Shown here: positions 52,290-64,000 of the stretch, one piece after another
How the letters are laid out: each line of letters opens with the position of its first letter
Position numbering within the stretch: position 1 is the stretch's first letter
Assembly: GCF_021869535.1 (NCBI RefSeq)
Contig: NW_026262581.1
Coordinates: forward strand, 125,550,001-125,614,000
Length of the DNA: 64,000 nucleotides
Direction: 5' to 3'
From: Mytilus californianus
Taxonomy: Eukaryota
Notes under the pieces: generated by a model
Databases searched by the model: none
Told to the model about the DNA's origin: nothing
What the model saw: the letters and a program-made list of their open reading frames with translations, nothing else
Translations under genes and position numbers: made by a program

Positions 52290-55200
52290 CATTGAGATGT
52301 AGAAATAATTGCATGATGATTAACAACTTATTTGTAGACAATAGAACAATAAAACATCAGCATTTTCTTACACTTCTTCAAAACTTTTCTATTCTTGAAA
52401 CATCAAAACTATTTTCCGATGCTCACACTCCATTGTCACTTTCGATGTGTATATATGAAATTGAGAAAAGAAATCGTTTAAAAAAAGGGAACTGCCCACC
52501 AACTGAAGAAATGAAAAATGGGACAACGAAAATGTGGATACCTTTATTGAAAATATAGATAAAATTCATACTGACATTATTCTAACTGAGCTTGAATCTG
52601 TAAATATAGAAGATGTAAATCATAATTGTGTAAATAGTTAAGTTAAAAGAACATGTGATATACTTGTTGATGCTGCTAAAACTACTTTTGGTACTTATAT
52701 GAAACATAATAAACAAACTAATGTTAAAGTAACTACATATAAGCCTTGGTTTGACGAAGATTGCAAGACTGCAAGGAAAAATTACAAAAAATCTAAGCGA
52801 AAACTGAAACGTAACTTTTCACCAGATCTTTCCAATGAGACAAAATCTCCAGAAAAGCAATACAAAAGAACTATGGATATAAGTATCCATAAACACCGCA
52901 AGAAAATTAGAAACAAAATTAGTAATTTAAAATCGAAAAATCCAAAGGAATACTGGAGAATTTTAAATAGCAACAAAAAATCAAAAACTCCAGATATCCC
53001 AATCACCGTTTTGTTTGATTTTTTCAAAGATTTAAATAAGGGAGAAAATGTAGAGAACGAAAACCCTACAGAAAGCCATGTTGATGTAGATAGTTTAAAT
53101 ATATATATTAACTCTGTAATTACTCGTGATGAAGTTGAAAATGCTTTAAAGGGTCTGAGTGAAGAATAATAATTGATCTGCTAATGATAAAATTGTTAAT
53201 GAATATCTTAAAAATTCATTTGGTATGATATTTATGTAAAACTATTTAATATAATTTTTGATACAGGTATCGTACCCGAAGAATGGCTATGGGGCGATAT
53301 AATTCCAGTGTTTAAAAATAAAGGGGATACATTTGATCCAAAAAATTTCAGACCTATCAACATATTAAGCTGCTTTGGGAAACTTTTCACATCTGTATGA
53401 AATAACAGACTAAATAAACATTCGAAAGAATATAGCTTGATATGCGAAAACCAAGGATGCTTCCGGAAAGGATACTCCACCATTGAAAATTTATTCATTT
53501 TATATTCTCTCATTAAGACGATGAAAAACAAAAAGAAGAAACTTTTTTGTGCTTTTATCGATTTTTCTCAAGCTTCTGATATCGTTTGGCGAAATGGCCT
53601 TTGGCAAAAATTACTATTAAATGATATAAATGGTAAAATGTATTATGCAATTTTTAACATGTATAGTGGTATTAAATCTCGTATTTCATTTAATGGTGAA
53701 ACTACGGAGTACTTTCCATGTAATATTGGTGTTAGACAGGGAGAAAACATCTGAATGACTTGGAAGAATTTTTTCATAGAAATGATGTATTAGGTTTAAA
53801 CACAGCGAAAAATGAAATAGAAGAACAAATTAACATTTACTTGAAACTTTATGTACTACTTTATGCAGATGATACTGTTTTATTTTCTGAAACTGGACAA
53901 GATCTTCAACAGCAGCTTATTACATTTATGAAAACTGTGAAATATGGAAACTGAAGGTTAATCCAACCAAAACAAAAATTGTTATTTTTGGTAATGAAAG
54001 GTTGTCAAACAATCTACATTTTACACTTGATGGTAATGATTTAGAAATTTTCAAGGATATATCATACTTAAATAATAATAATAAATTTCAGTATCGAAAA
54101 AGCTTAACTCGATTTAGAATCAGTGCTCATCAGTTAGCTATTGAGAAAGTAAGATATAAAAAAGTCGATAAAGATAAAAGTTTTTGTGGGCGGTGTAAAA
54201 ATATGCAGGTTGAAGACGAGTTTCATTTTTTAATGGAATGCACTGCATATGAAAAGGAACGGAATTTTATTCTTAATGAAGCACGCATTCAATGTAAAAA
54301 CTTCCCTTTTATTTCAAAATATGAACAATTTATTTGGTTAATGTCATGTGAGTCTGAAGATGCTAATATGTCAGTGTCAAGATTTATAAGTACTTGTTTT
54401 GAAATAAGAGAAAATTTGCATTCCAGTAACTAACTAAATATACATGTAGTAGTGATGTTTCAGTAGTTATTTTTATTTTTATGTATTAGAGAGGGTTAAT
54501 ATTCTATTTTATTTATTTTCAAACACCATCTGGTATGGAGTATAGTTATTTAATCATTTATTTTTAAGGTAATATATCTTAAAAAATACTGTATAATTAA
54601 TACTATTTATATATATATATTCTCGGAAACGGGCCCTTTAATTGGATTCAATAAATGTTCTTATTCTTATTCTTATTCTTATTCTTACTTAGGCATTATT
54701 TTTTCCAAAACGGGTAGTTTCACAAGTACTAAAAATCAACTCATTAGAAAAGCCATCAAAGCTATGTGTGAAGTTCTTAAAAGGGGCGTTTACATAACCT
54801 GACATCTAAATGTCAGTACGATCTTTTTTGATAAAATCGTTAGACCAATATTGTTATACGGCTGTGAAATTTTGGGATTTAGCAATATTGATGCAATAGA
54901 AAGAGTCCATTTAAAGTTCTATAAACTTTTGTTAAATTTGAAAAAAATCAACCCCAAGCTTTATTGTTTATGGAGCTCGGCGCTTATCCTATGTCAGTAT
55001 ATGTGGAACACCGTATGGTAACCTTTTGGTCTAACATTGTAAATAGTTCTGATAGGAAATTGACAAATATTCTGTGTAGATATATTCATAAACTCAACGA
55101 AGATAGTGGATATACTTTTGAATGGTTGGTTTGTATAAAAATATCTTGAATAAATATGAATTTTCAAATATTTCGATAAATCAGAGTAATTTCGGTTTTA

Positions 55201-55797
55201 ACCCAAATAGTTAAAGTTGAGCATAAAACAGAGAATATTTGACCAATTTCAGCAGACTTGGAAATCATAAATTGAAAACTCTCCAAAAGCATTATGTTAT
55301 AAACTTTTTAAAGGAAACTTTGAATTTGAAGAATATTTAGACTTATTACCTTATAAAGATAAAACAACGTTATGTAGGTTTAGAACTGGAAATCACTGGT
55401 TACCTATAGAAACAGGTAGATGGATTGGAATTGTTAGACAGGAAAGGTACTGTGTACTTTGTTATTCTCGAGTGATAGATGGATTTCACTATATTCTAAA
55501 CTGTACAGTTCTAACAGAAAGTAGAAGAGCTTTTCTTAAACCTTACTATGTAAGCCGAGTAAATGTTTTAAAATTGGGCAGTTTATTTTTTTCAAAAAAT
55601 ATTCGGGTATTGAAAAATTTGTGTAAATTAATCAGAATTATCAATACAGAAGTTCTCCAGGTTGATCATCAATCGGTCATCTTTTTATGCTCGTTTTGTA
55701 CAAACTTGTCATGCGCAGAATCTGTGTGTTACATGTAAAAATATCTTTCTTTGTACCATTAACTTGGTTTTATAAGAAATAAAGAATTGTGAAAAAA
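52290..55797 (+). mobile_element. Decayed CR1/L2-type LINE (element A), interrupted by LINE B
   Basis: KPWFDEDCK, PKEYWRILN, FRPINILSCFGKLF, QGCFRKGYST, FCAFIDF, GVRQGENI, LLYADDTV, then after the insert YLGIIF..KIVRPILLYGCEI..FRTGNHWLPIETGRW. Ends AATAAA + A-rich run. Confidence 0.85.
54071..54685 (+). mobile_element. 5'-truncated LINE B with (TTCTTA)n tail inserted into LINE A
   Basis: RFRISAHQLAIEKVRY..CGRC..VEDEFHFLMEC C-terminal domain, AATAAA plus (TTCTTA)n tail, TSD TACTTA at 54065-54070 and 54686-54691. Confidence 0.8.
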
Positions 55798-56349
55798 GGG
55801 AAAATTGTCTGCTTTAAAACCTGTTCACGCTATGAATTCATAAACCAAGATCGAGTCTGTAAACTATTTTAAACCGGGAAAGTACCCTTTTCTGTCGTTC
55901 TGTAGGATTAGTTTTGAAATTATTTATCAATTTTAATATGAAAGTATGCATTAGTAAACTAAAAGTAGAAACGTGGTTCCTACAATTTTACGATAATATG
56001 TATGTGAATCTTTGATCCGAAAAGAACGGTTATCTTATATTTTCCACCCAAGAAAGATTTTTCTGAACTACATTAAATGCCATAGGGTGAAAGTTGCATT
56101 TAAATTTTTGGTAGATATCAGGGATGATAACATATACCTTGACATATGTGTTCCTATATTTTAAAGACAACAATGTACAGGAACCAGATTTATTAATCTC
56201 TCATTGACTCCGTTGTCATAAAGATGTACGGATTTTCTACCCCAGGTAAGATTACATTGGCTGTATTTGGCAAAACCTTTCCTAATTTCGGGTCCTCAGT
56301 GCTCTCCAACGTCGCACTTTATTTGACCTTTTTAACTTTTTTGGCTCGA

Positions 56350-56393
56350 GCGTCACTGATGAGTCTTTTGTAGACCAAACGTTCGTCTGGCGC
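56350..56393 (+). ncRNA. Minimal type I hammerhead ribozyme motif with G12C core substitution, within a repeat at about 56160-56425
   Basis: Stem I gcgtca/tggcgc, CTGATGA core, stem II gtct(tttgt)agac, CAAA instead of GAAA, minimal stem III c(gttc)g, GUC cleavage triplet at 56385-56387. Confidence 0.75.
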
Positions 56394-58299
56394 ACACAAT
56401 TTTAAGCCTGGTATCTATGGTGTGGTTATGTACAATAAAAATCGAGTTAACTCGAATACAGGAAGCCGACCCTGGCTGCTTCGCATCTTCGTCCTATTTA
56501 TCACGGAACACTTATGAGGGAAATGAATGTCTGGTGAACTGCCTATTCTTTTGTGGAGTTCGTGATGCTGAAACTTCTCACATTTAGCTGTGTTAGCTTC
56601 TCCACTTCGACCTAGGACTTTTTTGTAATGCACCACCGTGTTTCGAAAACGACAAGATTTTTCCATTAATCTAGGTAAAGGATCTATATATTCAATGATT
56701 CAATATAAATCATGATACGGTTTCCAGGAGAACAAAATTCAAATGGACCGAAGGCCAATGACCGATATCCGTAATAAGAAATAATTATTATTTCTCCCGT
56801 GAATGCGTCTGGGAAAACAACAGCCAAAATTAAATATCTGTAAAAAAGAAGAAAAACCCAGTAAGAATTTTTCTTACATACCTATTAAGATATAATATAA
56901 TATCGTGAGATAAATGGTTTCTTGTGAATTGAAAGGAGTCCCACATTTCTCTGACTTCAAACGGGCTCTGGGTAAAGACTATTTATCAAAAACTGCTGTC
57001 GGACGTCAGGGCAATCTCGGACAAGTATATTTTTGCAAAATTGAGAAGAAAATCGTTTATAGGTCATGGTTTTCGGTACCGGTCTTCGAGGGTTTGTTTG
57101 TTTGAATTTGTTCGTCGAATGTCAGAGTATTCTCGGCTTGATATAAGGGACTAACATACAAAAAGTAACTTTTGGGCAAGTTGGATCTAGGTTCAACTTT
57201 CCACTCAATTCTTCACAAAATATGATACAAAGGTTCCTTCAACAGGTATGCTGTAGTACTGTATTATGCACGATACTTATCTTCCTGTACGAGACCAACA
57301 GGGATCCGTTGTATACCGCGCCCACGTTCGTCTTTTATAAAATGCACACTATCAACCTTCACAAGCCAATTTAATTAATATATAGATCTTTGATTTCGTT
57401 ATACTTTGACGAGTAAGAGAGTTACGATATATCTGAATATTAATCAGATTGTAGACAAACTCTTTGTTGGTTGATTTCTAATACTAGTTGTATTTTGGTA
57501 CGATTTTTTTATTTGAAAATATTAAAAGAGAAAAATAACAACAAGTAAAGCACGTCACATCTTTCCTTTTCTACGTGTAGGACTTGGCCCTTTTCTTGCG
57601 TCTGAAAAGTTAAAAAAAAAATGTATATCACTTAACAAAGACAACACATATGCAATTATTATGTAAGAGAGGCTATAAAATATATGGAAATGTTTACACA
57701 TATTCATTACGGTGAAGTTTTTACCATTCGAATTCATCAAGTATCAATTAGTTGATAACGAACAGATTATCAATAGTTATTGGCCAATCCAATAACAATA
57801 ATGGTGTGTTGAAAATTTCTTTGAACATTTTTGCACTAGCAAAAAACATATCTGATCTTTAATAAGACCAAATTTAAAAACTTCAAAAATCTCGTTTTGA
57901 CATCTTCTTATTAACAGTTACAATGTAGGTACATTGGCATCACGGCTTCAACGAGCACGATACAGGATGCTTAATTGAAAGATACTTTGATTAAAATATG
58001 ACTTTTTTGTAAGTTTATGTGTTCATAATTGTTATTTTAATCTCAATGTATGCATAATAAAAACCAATATAAAAAAAGATGTGGTATGATTGTCAATGAG
58101 ACAACTATTCACCAGCGACCAACTAACGAAGATGCAAACAACTATAGATTTCCGTATGGCCTTCGCCAATAACAAAAACCCATGATACCGTATAGTTATG
58201 TAAAAGACCTTAACATGAAATAATGTAAAAGAATTCATACGAGGTACCAACGGTCTGACTTATGTACAAAATCGAAAAAAGAACGAAAATTATATGTGT

Positions 58300-58791
58300 T
58301 GGAACGACACGAATGGCCCCGCTCGCAAAAAAAGCTTGAAGCCGTTTTTTAGGAGTGGACATTTTCGAAGCCCTAAGCCCGTGATTTCGGCAAAAATCAA
58401 CGGAGCGTAACCAAACGTCAACTTGATCTGTAACTCATCATAGTAGACTCACATAGATCAGCGGAGGAGAACCAAACGTTAATTCGATCTGTAAGTCATC
58501 ATAGTAGACTCACATACTAAAATCAGCTCAATATGTGAAGGCGTTTAGAAAAAAGTCCGTAGAACTGTTATTTTCACGAAATTTTCAAAGTTCAAAGCCT
58601 GTAATTTCGACAAAAATCAGCAGGTCGGAACCAAACGTAAACTCGAACTGTAACTCATCAAAATAACTAACAATCAGCTCAATAGGTGAAGGGATTAAGA
58701 AAAGAAGTCCCTTTAACTGTTCGTTGCGGAATGACGGAATGACGGTAAGGGTAAACTATATGGCCCCGACCAAAGTCGACGGGGTCATAAA
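58300..58791 (-). mobile_element. HINE with internal tandem units
   Basis: (GACGGAAT)n and the GCCCCGAC-CAAA-GTCGACGGGGTCATAAAA end. Repeated ...AACCAAACGT.AA.T.GA.CTGTAA.TCATCA unit. Confidence 0.65.
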
Positions 58792-60145
58792 ACAACAACA
58801 AATATGATAAGACAGCAACCATTATGCCTTTTGGTTTGTATCAAGTTTTAGACTCGAATGTTTTGACCTGGAGAGAGACAATAATTGTCGAAAAGCACAT
58901 CTGGTGTAGTAAAATTGGTAACGTTAATGTTATTACTAACCACTGGGTCGATACCTCTGCTGGTGGACTGCGGTTATTTCGTGCGTAGCCCGAGGTTATC
59001 ACCAGTCAAGTTGCTAATACTTCGACATTGGGAAAAAATACTGATATTGTTTATTTAAATTTGCTGTCATAAAATTTCAAAATCATTTTGAATTAAGGAG
59101 TGTATCTCCCTCTTGCATAGCTCTGATTCCTTGCCATGTTTGGCTTTACTTTTGGTCCTTCTTGGTTTAACCAGCTCTTCAACGATTGTATATGGTTTAC
59201 GACTTTTTGGCCTCGATCATCACTGTATATACTTGTATTGTCAAAATGCATTACACCTGGTGCACTAAAAGTGGTAACGTATAATGACATCCTCTGAATT
59301 ACAGGCTCCTGACCTAGGACAGGCACATATAGAATGTGGCGTGATTACACATGTTTGCGAGCGCCCAACCCTCCCCTAACATGAGACAATAGTGTAACAG
59401 CACAACAAACCGTAAAAATCAATTGAAAAAGTCTTGACTCATCAGAATTACACAAAACATACAAACTAGTTACAAAAAAAAAAAACAGACAAAAGTATCG
59501 ATCTTAGAGTATTCACAGTTACTGAAAGCTAGTTCGAGTCCAATTACAACTAATACATATATATACTGTTTCTTTTTCCAGGACTAAAATGGGTATTTTC
59601 TAATTGTTACATGCCTGTAACGTCACTATGCCACTAAACTTGACATTATGGTACTGATGACAAAATTTAGCAATTATATTACAATTTCGTTTTTTTTTTT
59701 TTGTAAATAAAGGGTAAAGTTCTCCAATAAGTACCTGTCATTTTAAATAGTTGAGCTTAATCTATAAAGATTATACAAAATATAATAAAAAAACCAAAAC
59801 ACGAACGATGTGCTTTCGTGCACACATTGCATGTTCTTCGATAACAGTCATCACGTAAAACATAAAAACCTAAAGGTCTAGATAGAACAGCTGAAACCGT
59901 CAGAGGTCAACTTTGATTGCGAACAAAATAAATTAATTATATGATACTTGAAAATTACAAACAAAAGGTATTGAAATTAAGCCAGTGGTCGGCTGATACA
60001 CTCTGGAGCTTATAATCCACCAGAAGCGGTCACGACCAACTGAAACTGTAAAAATGAACAGCATGAAACATTAATTTGGTTTTAAATAATATCCAACCTG
60101 ATTTATAAGAAATTTTGAAGTTTGGCACAAACATTGTCAAGTTAC

Positions 60146-60928
60146 TTACAGAGAAAATCTGTTGGTACTCGGTCTTGGTGTTAAGTCTGAAAGCAACTTT
60201 TGCCTAGCATTTTGTTGTGGTGATAATAAATCTGCTGATAATTCTGTAGACTTAGTGATGAATACGTCTGATTCTAAATGATTGTCATCGGAAAGAGAAT
60301 CATGTGATTTTGTCATTTCGACTGCTGAGGTACATTCATCGAATGGTTTACATTCTTCAGCAGTTTCTTTAGAATGACAAGAGTGTGGTATAAAAGCTAC
60401 ACTGAGATAACCACCTTTGTTACCGGAAGATGATTTTGAGTTACTATGAATGGTCCCACACTGTTTACATGGATCTGTCGATTTGACATCTGTCACATCT
60501 GGCTGAGCCTCTTTCAGAGATTGACCTTGAGCAATGTCAGGTAGGTCAAAAGATAATTGCTGTTGTTTCTTACTGTCATCTGATTTAGATTTCGTTGAGC
60601 TCCGCTTATAGTGGACCACACATTGCGCTGCTTGTGGAATGTGGATTTGGACATGATATTGATATTGTGGATTAGCAACATGACATTGTTTTCTAAAACA
60701 TCGCAAATGATTCGCGTGGTTATTTTTATCATCATCATGATTACTTCCCCTTGGAGACGTGATCGAGCAACACCTTCTAATGTAGCTACACAGTTTCCTA
60801 ATGAAAGATTTCCTTAGTAGAATATATAACCATGGGTCTAAAGTTTGATTTAGACTCGCTAGTCTCACCGTTGTCAGATCTATCAAAAAATTGGATTTTC
60901 CTGTGACCATTGTGATTATTATCTGAAC
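60146..60928 (-). CDS. PTGER4-like: Last coding exon of a prostanoid (EP4-like) class A GPCR: end of TM6, TM7 and long C-tail
   Basis: Acceptor TTTTCTATTATTTTGCAG, then VQIIITMVTG..DLTTVRLASLNQTLDPWLYILLRK, matching the prostanoid receptor RLASxNQILDPWVYILLR signature and its conserved TM6 intron. The upstream exon is not in the window. Confidence 0.85.
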   Translation of the reverse strand, partial: VQIIITMVTGKSNFLIDLTTVRLASLNQTLDPWLYILLRKSFIRKLCSYIRRCCSITSPRGSNHDDDKNNHANHLRCFRKQCHVANPQYQYHVQIHIPQAAQCVVHYKRSSTKSKSDDSKKQQQLSFDLPDIAQGQSLKEAQPDVTDVKSTDPCKQCGTIHSNSKSSSGNKGGYLSVAFIPHSCHSKETAEECKPFDECTSAVEMTKSHDSLSDDNHLESDVFITKSTELSADLLSPQQNARQKLLSDLTPRPSTNRFSL

Positions 60929-62769
60929 CTGCAAAATAATAGAAAATACGATAATACATTACGTTATCTTATTCTGGGAAACATGATTTATTTATAAGTT
61001 GTATTTGGCTTTCAGTAGCTTTCAGTAACTGCGAGTACCCTTAGATCGGTACTTTGTGTCTTTATTTGTTTTGTGAGTTGTTTTTGTGCTTTATGTCAAT
61101 CTGATAGGTTTATTATTTTGTACATAAATCAGACTGTAGGTTTTCTTGTTTGAATTTTACATGTATTCATGCCCGGGGACTTCATGTACTATTTTAGTTT
61201 ATCTTATTGTTAAAGGCCGCACGGTGATGTATAGTTGCTAAGGCTATACGTCATTTAGTCTGGTGGATAGTTGCCTCATTTGATTGCATAACACATCTTA
61301 TCTTATTATTACCGTCTCCGAGGAGACGGTATTAAGAGTTGAACGATGCACAGTCTGCGGGCTGGATGCTTTCTTACTACTTGATTGGGAGATATTATCT
61401 GACTCTATAATAGTTTAGTTCGTTGATTGGTTGGGACACTTCGAAACCTAGTAAATGTCGTTTAATCCCATAGAGTGTCGGATTTGAACTCTTTATTTTA
61501 GTAATAAGATTTTGCCTGGTTACCAATCATGCGGTAACACTTATCCATGAATAGCCGGAATTCCTGAAATTTTGTAAACATACACGTGCTTATTTCACTG
61601 TTACGTAATTGTTATACATGAAAACATAGGAAAACACCGCACTTGCTTTTTTCTTAGGTTATAAATATTTTTACTTGGTAAGATAGATATCCAAATAGTT
61701 ATTTTCGATTAAAACTAATTTACACGGGAATCTTTATCACAGGAGGGAGGGGGTGAGGGGGCACTTCGACCTTTTTATGGTAGGGATGAGCAGCTGAGAC
61801 ATCCATACCCCCGCCCTTTTCATATGTTTTGAATAACAAAAGAACATACCCTAGCTTTCATATTTTTTTACAATAAGTATGCCTACATATAGCTATCATT
61901 GTTACGCTATTTCATGGGGAGATAAATAGTTTTAATCCCGTAGAGTGTCAGATTTGAACTCTTTATTTTAGTAATTAGATTTTGCCTGGATACCAATCAT
62001 GCATATCTCCCCATGAAACATGTAAATCAATATTAATCGAAAATAACTGGTTGGATATCTCCGTTTTTCAATTTTGTTGTTGCCTTTGGATTATCTTAAT
62101 ATGTATGAATATTTATAATCTAAGAAAAAAATGAATTCAAAAATTAAGCTTTACATTTTAAGGACCATTTTGAAAATATGTGAGAAACCGTTGGAAATAT
62201 ATTATTTGTGTTCTTATATGTCTCAATTTATCACGTTTCACTCTCTACACTTTTCGATGCCTATTATGAATGAAAAAAATTCAGGTGGAAGCAGCCATAC
62301 TTTTCTAACACAAAGAAATACAAAAAAAAGAAAAAAAGTAAACGAAAAACATATCTGTTTAAAAAAAAATATCGAGAAAAAGGTACAAACGCAGATGATT
62401 AAGACAATACCCCTCCCCCAAAAAAGAAATTAGTAAATCTAAAAAAAAAATGTATCAGCCTTTTATAATTTTTGTAATCCACTACAATTTATATGCAAGG
62501 CTATTCTGAATGAATTAAACTACAAAGCGAAAACATTTTCCACTTTCATCAGCTATGAGACGGCCAGCTTTTTAGAAAAGCTATTACTTGTTGTTATGTT
62601 CAGAATCTGTGGTATGTTTCTTGGGTAAATCTTAGCGTCATATTAAGTTTTGGACACGTAAGATAGTAAAAGTGTTCTTGTGTAATAAATCAGAGTTACA
62701 ACTGAGAAAGAAATTCATAGTATACCTAGAATTTTTTTTCACTAAACGCTACTGAAACCTATGCGTGTA

Positions 62770-64000
62770 TTTTTAAGGTCTTTCCACTCCGTTAGGAAAG
62801 ACCTTATTGTTTTTCTAATGTTTTTTTTAAGGTCTTTCCACTCCGTTAGGAAAGACCTTATTGTTTTTCTAATGTTTTTTTTTTTCTTTTTTTTTTTTTT
62901 TTCTTTTTCTTTTTTTTTTTTTTTTTTTTTTTCTTTTTTTTTTTTTGGGAATGCCCTCCCCCCGTTTCTGTTCAAGTTATCAAGACCAAATATGGACCAT
63001 CGATAGACATTATCATGAAGTATTACCACATGACCCTGTTAAGGATTTCATCATCCCCTGTAGAAGTTATCCCCCTTTTATTGGATTTTTTCAACATGGA
63101 CCCCCTTCGTTGTTTTTGAAGATATCATGACCTTATTTTGACAATAGGTTGATCTCATCATGATGTACTACCATATGTGACTGCATAGGATTTCATCATC
63201 CCCTATGCGAGTTATATCCCCTTGAAGCGATTTCTTTCCTTTGCATTTTTCTCAAAAAGTATTAGAGATAGAATCGATTTGAAAACGGCAACATATACAG
63301 GAACTGATGGCAATGTTAATGAACATATAAAATAATTTTGTTATTGACCCTTATAAGGAGTTATTTCTCTTAAAAAAATATACACAATTTTTGAAAAATT
63401 GTATTTCGAGAACCCTAAGTCGTAGAGACTTGGGACCTACACCAATAATCTTAAGTTCATGTGACGTTCAATTTGCACCCAAGGTCAAAGGTCACAGAGT
63501 GCAAAAAAACTTTACGCTGCAATTTCAAGCTTGCATATTAAGAAAACCATAAGAGTTTGCTGCATACATACTGTGTATAAAATGTTCCTCTCGACGAGCT
63601 CTACAATTTATACATTAAGCTCAAAAATGTCCGACTGTCTGTTCAAAAGTTACATTAACATAATTCTTAAAACTATAGTAACATATGTATATCTTTTAAA
63701 AGGTAACAGATATCAACCTACTATAAACTGCAAAGATGATCAGTAGTTCAAGGCCTTCAATTTGAGGTCAATGTCAGGTCATGATGAAATTTAACCTTGA
63801 CCTTCAGAGTGTACTATGACCTTGACCTTGTGACATTTGAAAGGTCAAGTGGTCTTGAGTTGAATGGTGGTAGTCCCATGTCTCTACGACTTACGGTTCT
63901 CAAGTTTGATATTGCATCATATATTTGATAATTCATTGTGACCTTGATGAACTTTGGAAATGTCCAATTTTTTTCTAAAATGTTGTCCTTTTACTGTAGA
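62770..64000 (+). mobile_element. HINE-like element with duplicated 5' hairpin and poly-pyrimidine tract, running off the window
   Basis: AAGGTCTTTCC-actccgtta-GGAAAGACCTT hairpin present twice, T-rich tract at 62875-62946, then GACCTTGA-rich internal sequence. Confidence 0.55.

Noticed and set aside
56415-56666. 83-aa ORF as a THAP or transposase relic
   Set aside because: No full C2CH signature could be placed and no TIRs were identified.
59093-59326. 77-aa ORF downstream of the GPCR
   Set aside because: Begins inside a family A SINE copy; no recognisable domain or splice support.
62742-63029. Poly-Lys and poly-Phe ORFs
   Set aside because: Read-through of a poly-T tract and the 54-bp duplication.

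Overview
AT-rich eukaryotic DNA. The repeat families resemble those of a mytilid bivalve (Mytilus-like); this is inferred from recognition, not from a database search. The window is mostly intronic or intergenic and dense in transposons. Main content: (1) the 3' part of an autonomous Helentron-type Helitron (1-3409), with Rep C-terminus, PIF1 helicase and AP-endonuclease broken only by three -1 frameshifts; (2) a 16 x 48-bp array built from a SINE-like 3' end, where all five variable positions are synonymous in the only open frame (5537-6427, minus); (3) an uncharacterised + strand gene rebuilt by hand from 8 phase-compatible exons (19189-37506, about 555 aa, His/Arg/Pro repeats, probably secreted); (4) the last coding exon of a prostanoid-receptor-like GPCR (60146-60928, minus); (5) many non-autonomous Helentrons, Kolobok-like TTAA MITEs, a foldback element with an 8-bp TSD, a long-TIR element with a 6-bp TSD, CR1/L2-type LINE relics, a Penelope-like RT relic and several decayed minimal hammerhead ribozymes, including a retrozyme-like trimer. 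No rRNA, tRNA or CRISPR array was recognised. Most short ORFs in the supplied track are spurious because the genome is spliced. TSD and exon coordinates were counted by hand; boundaries marked approximate may be off by tens of bases.
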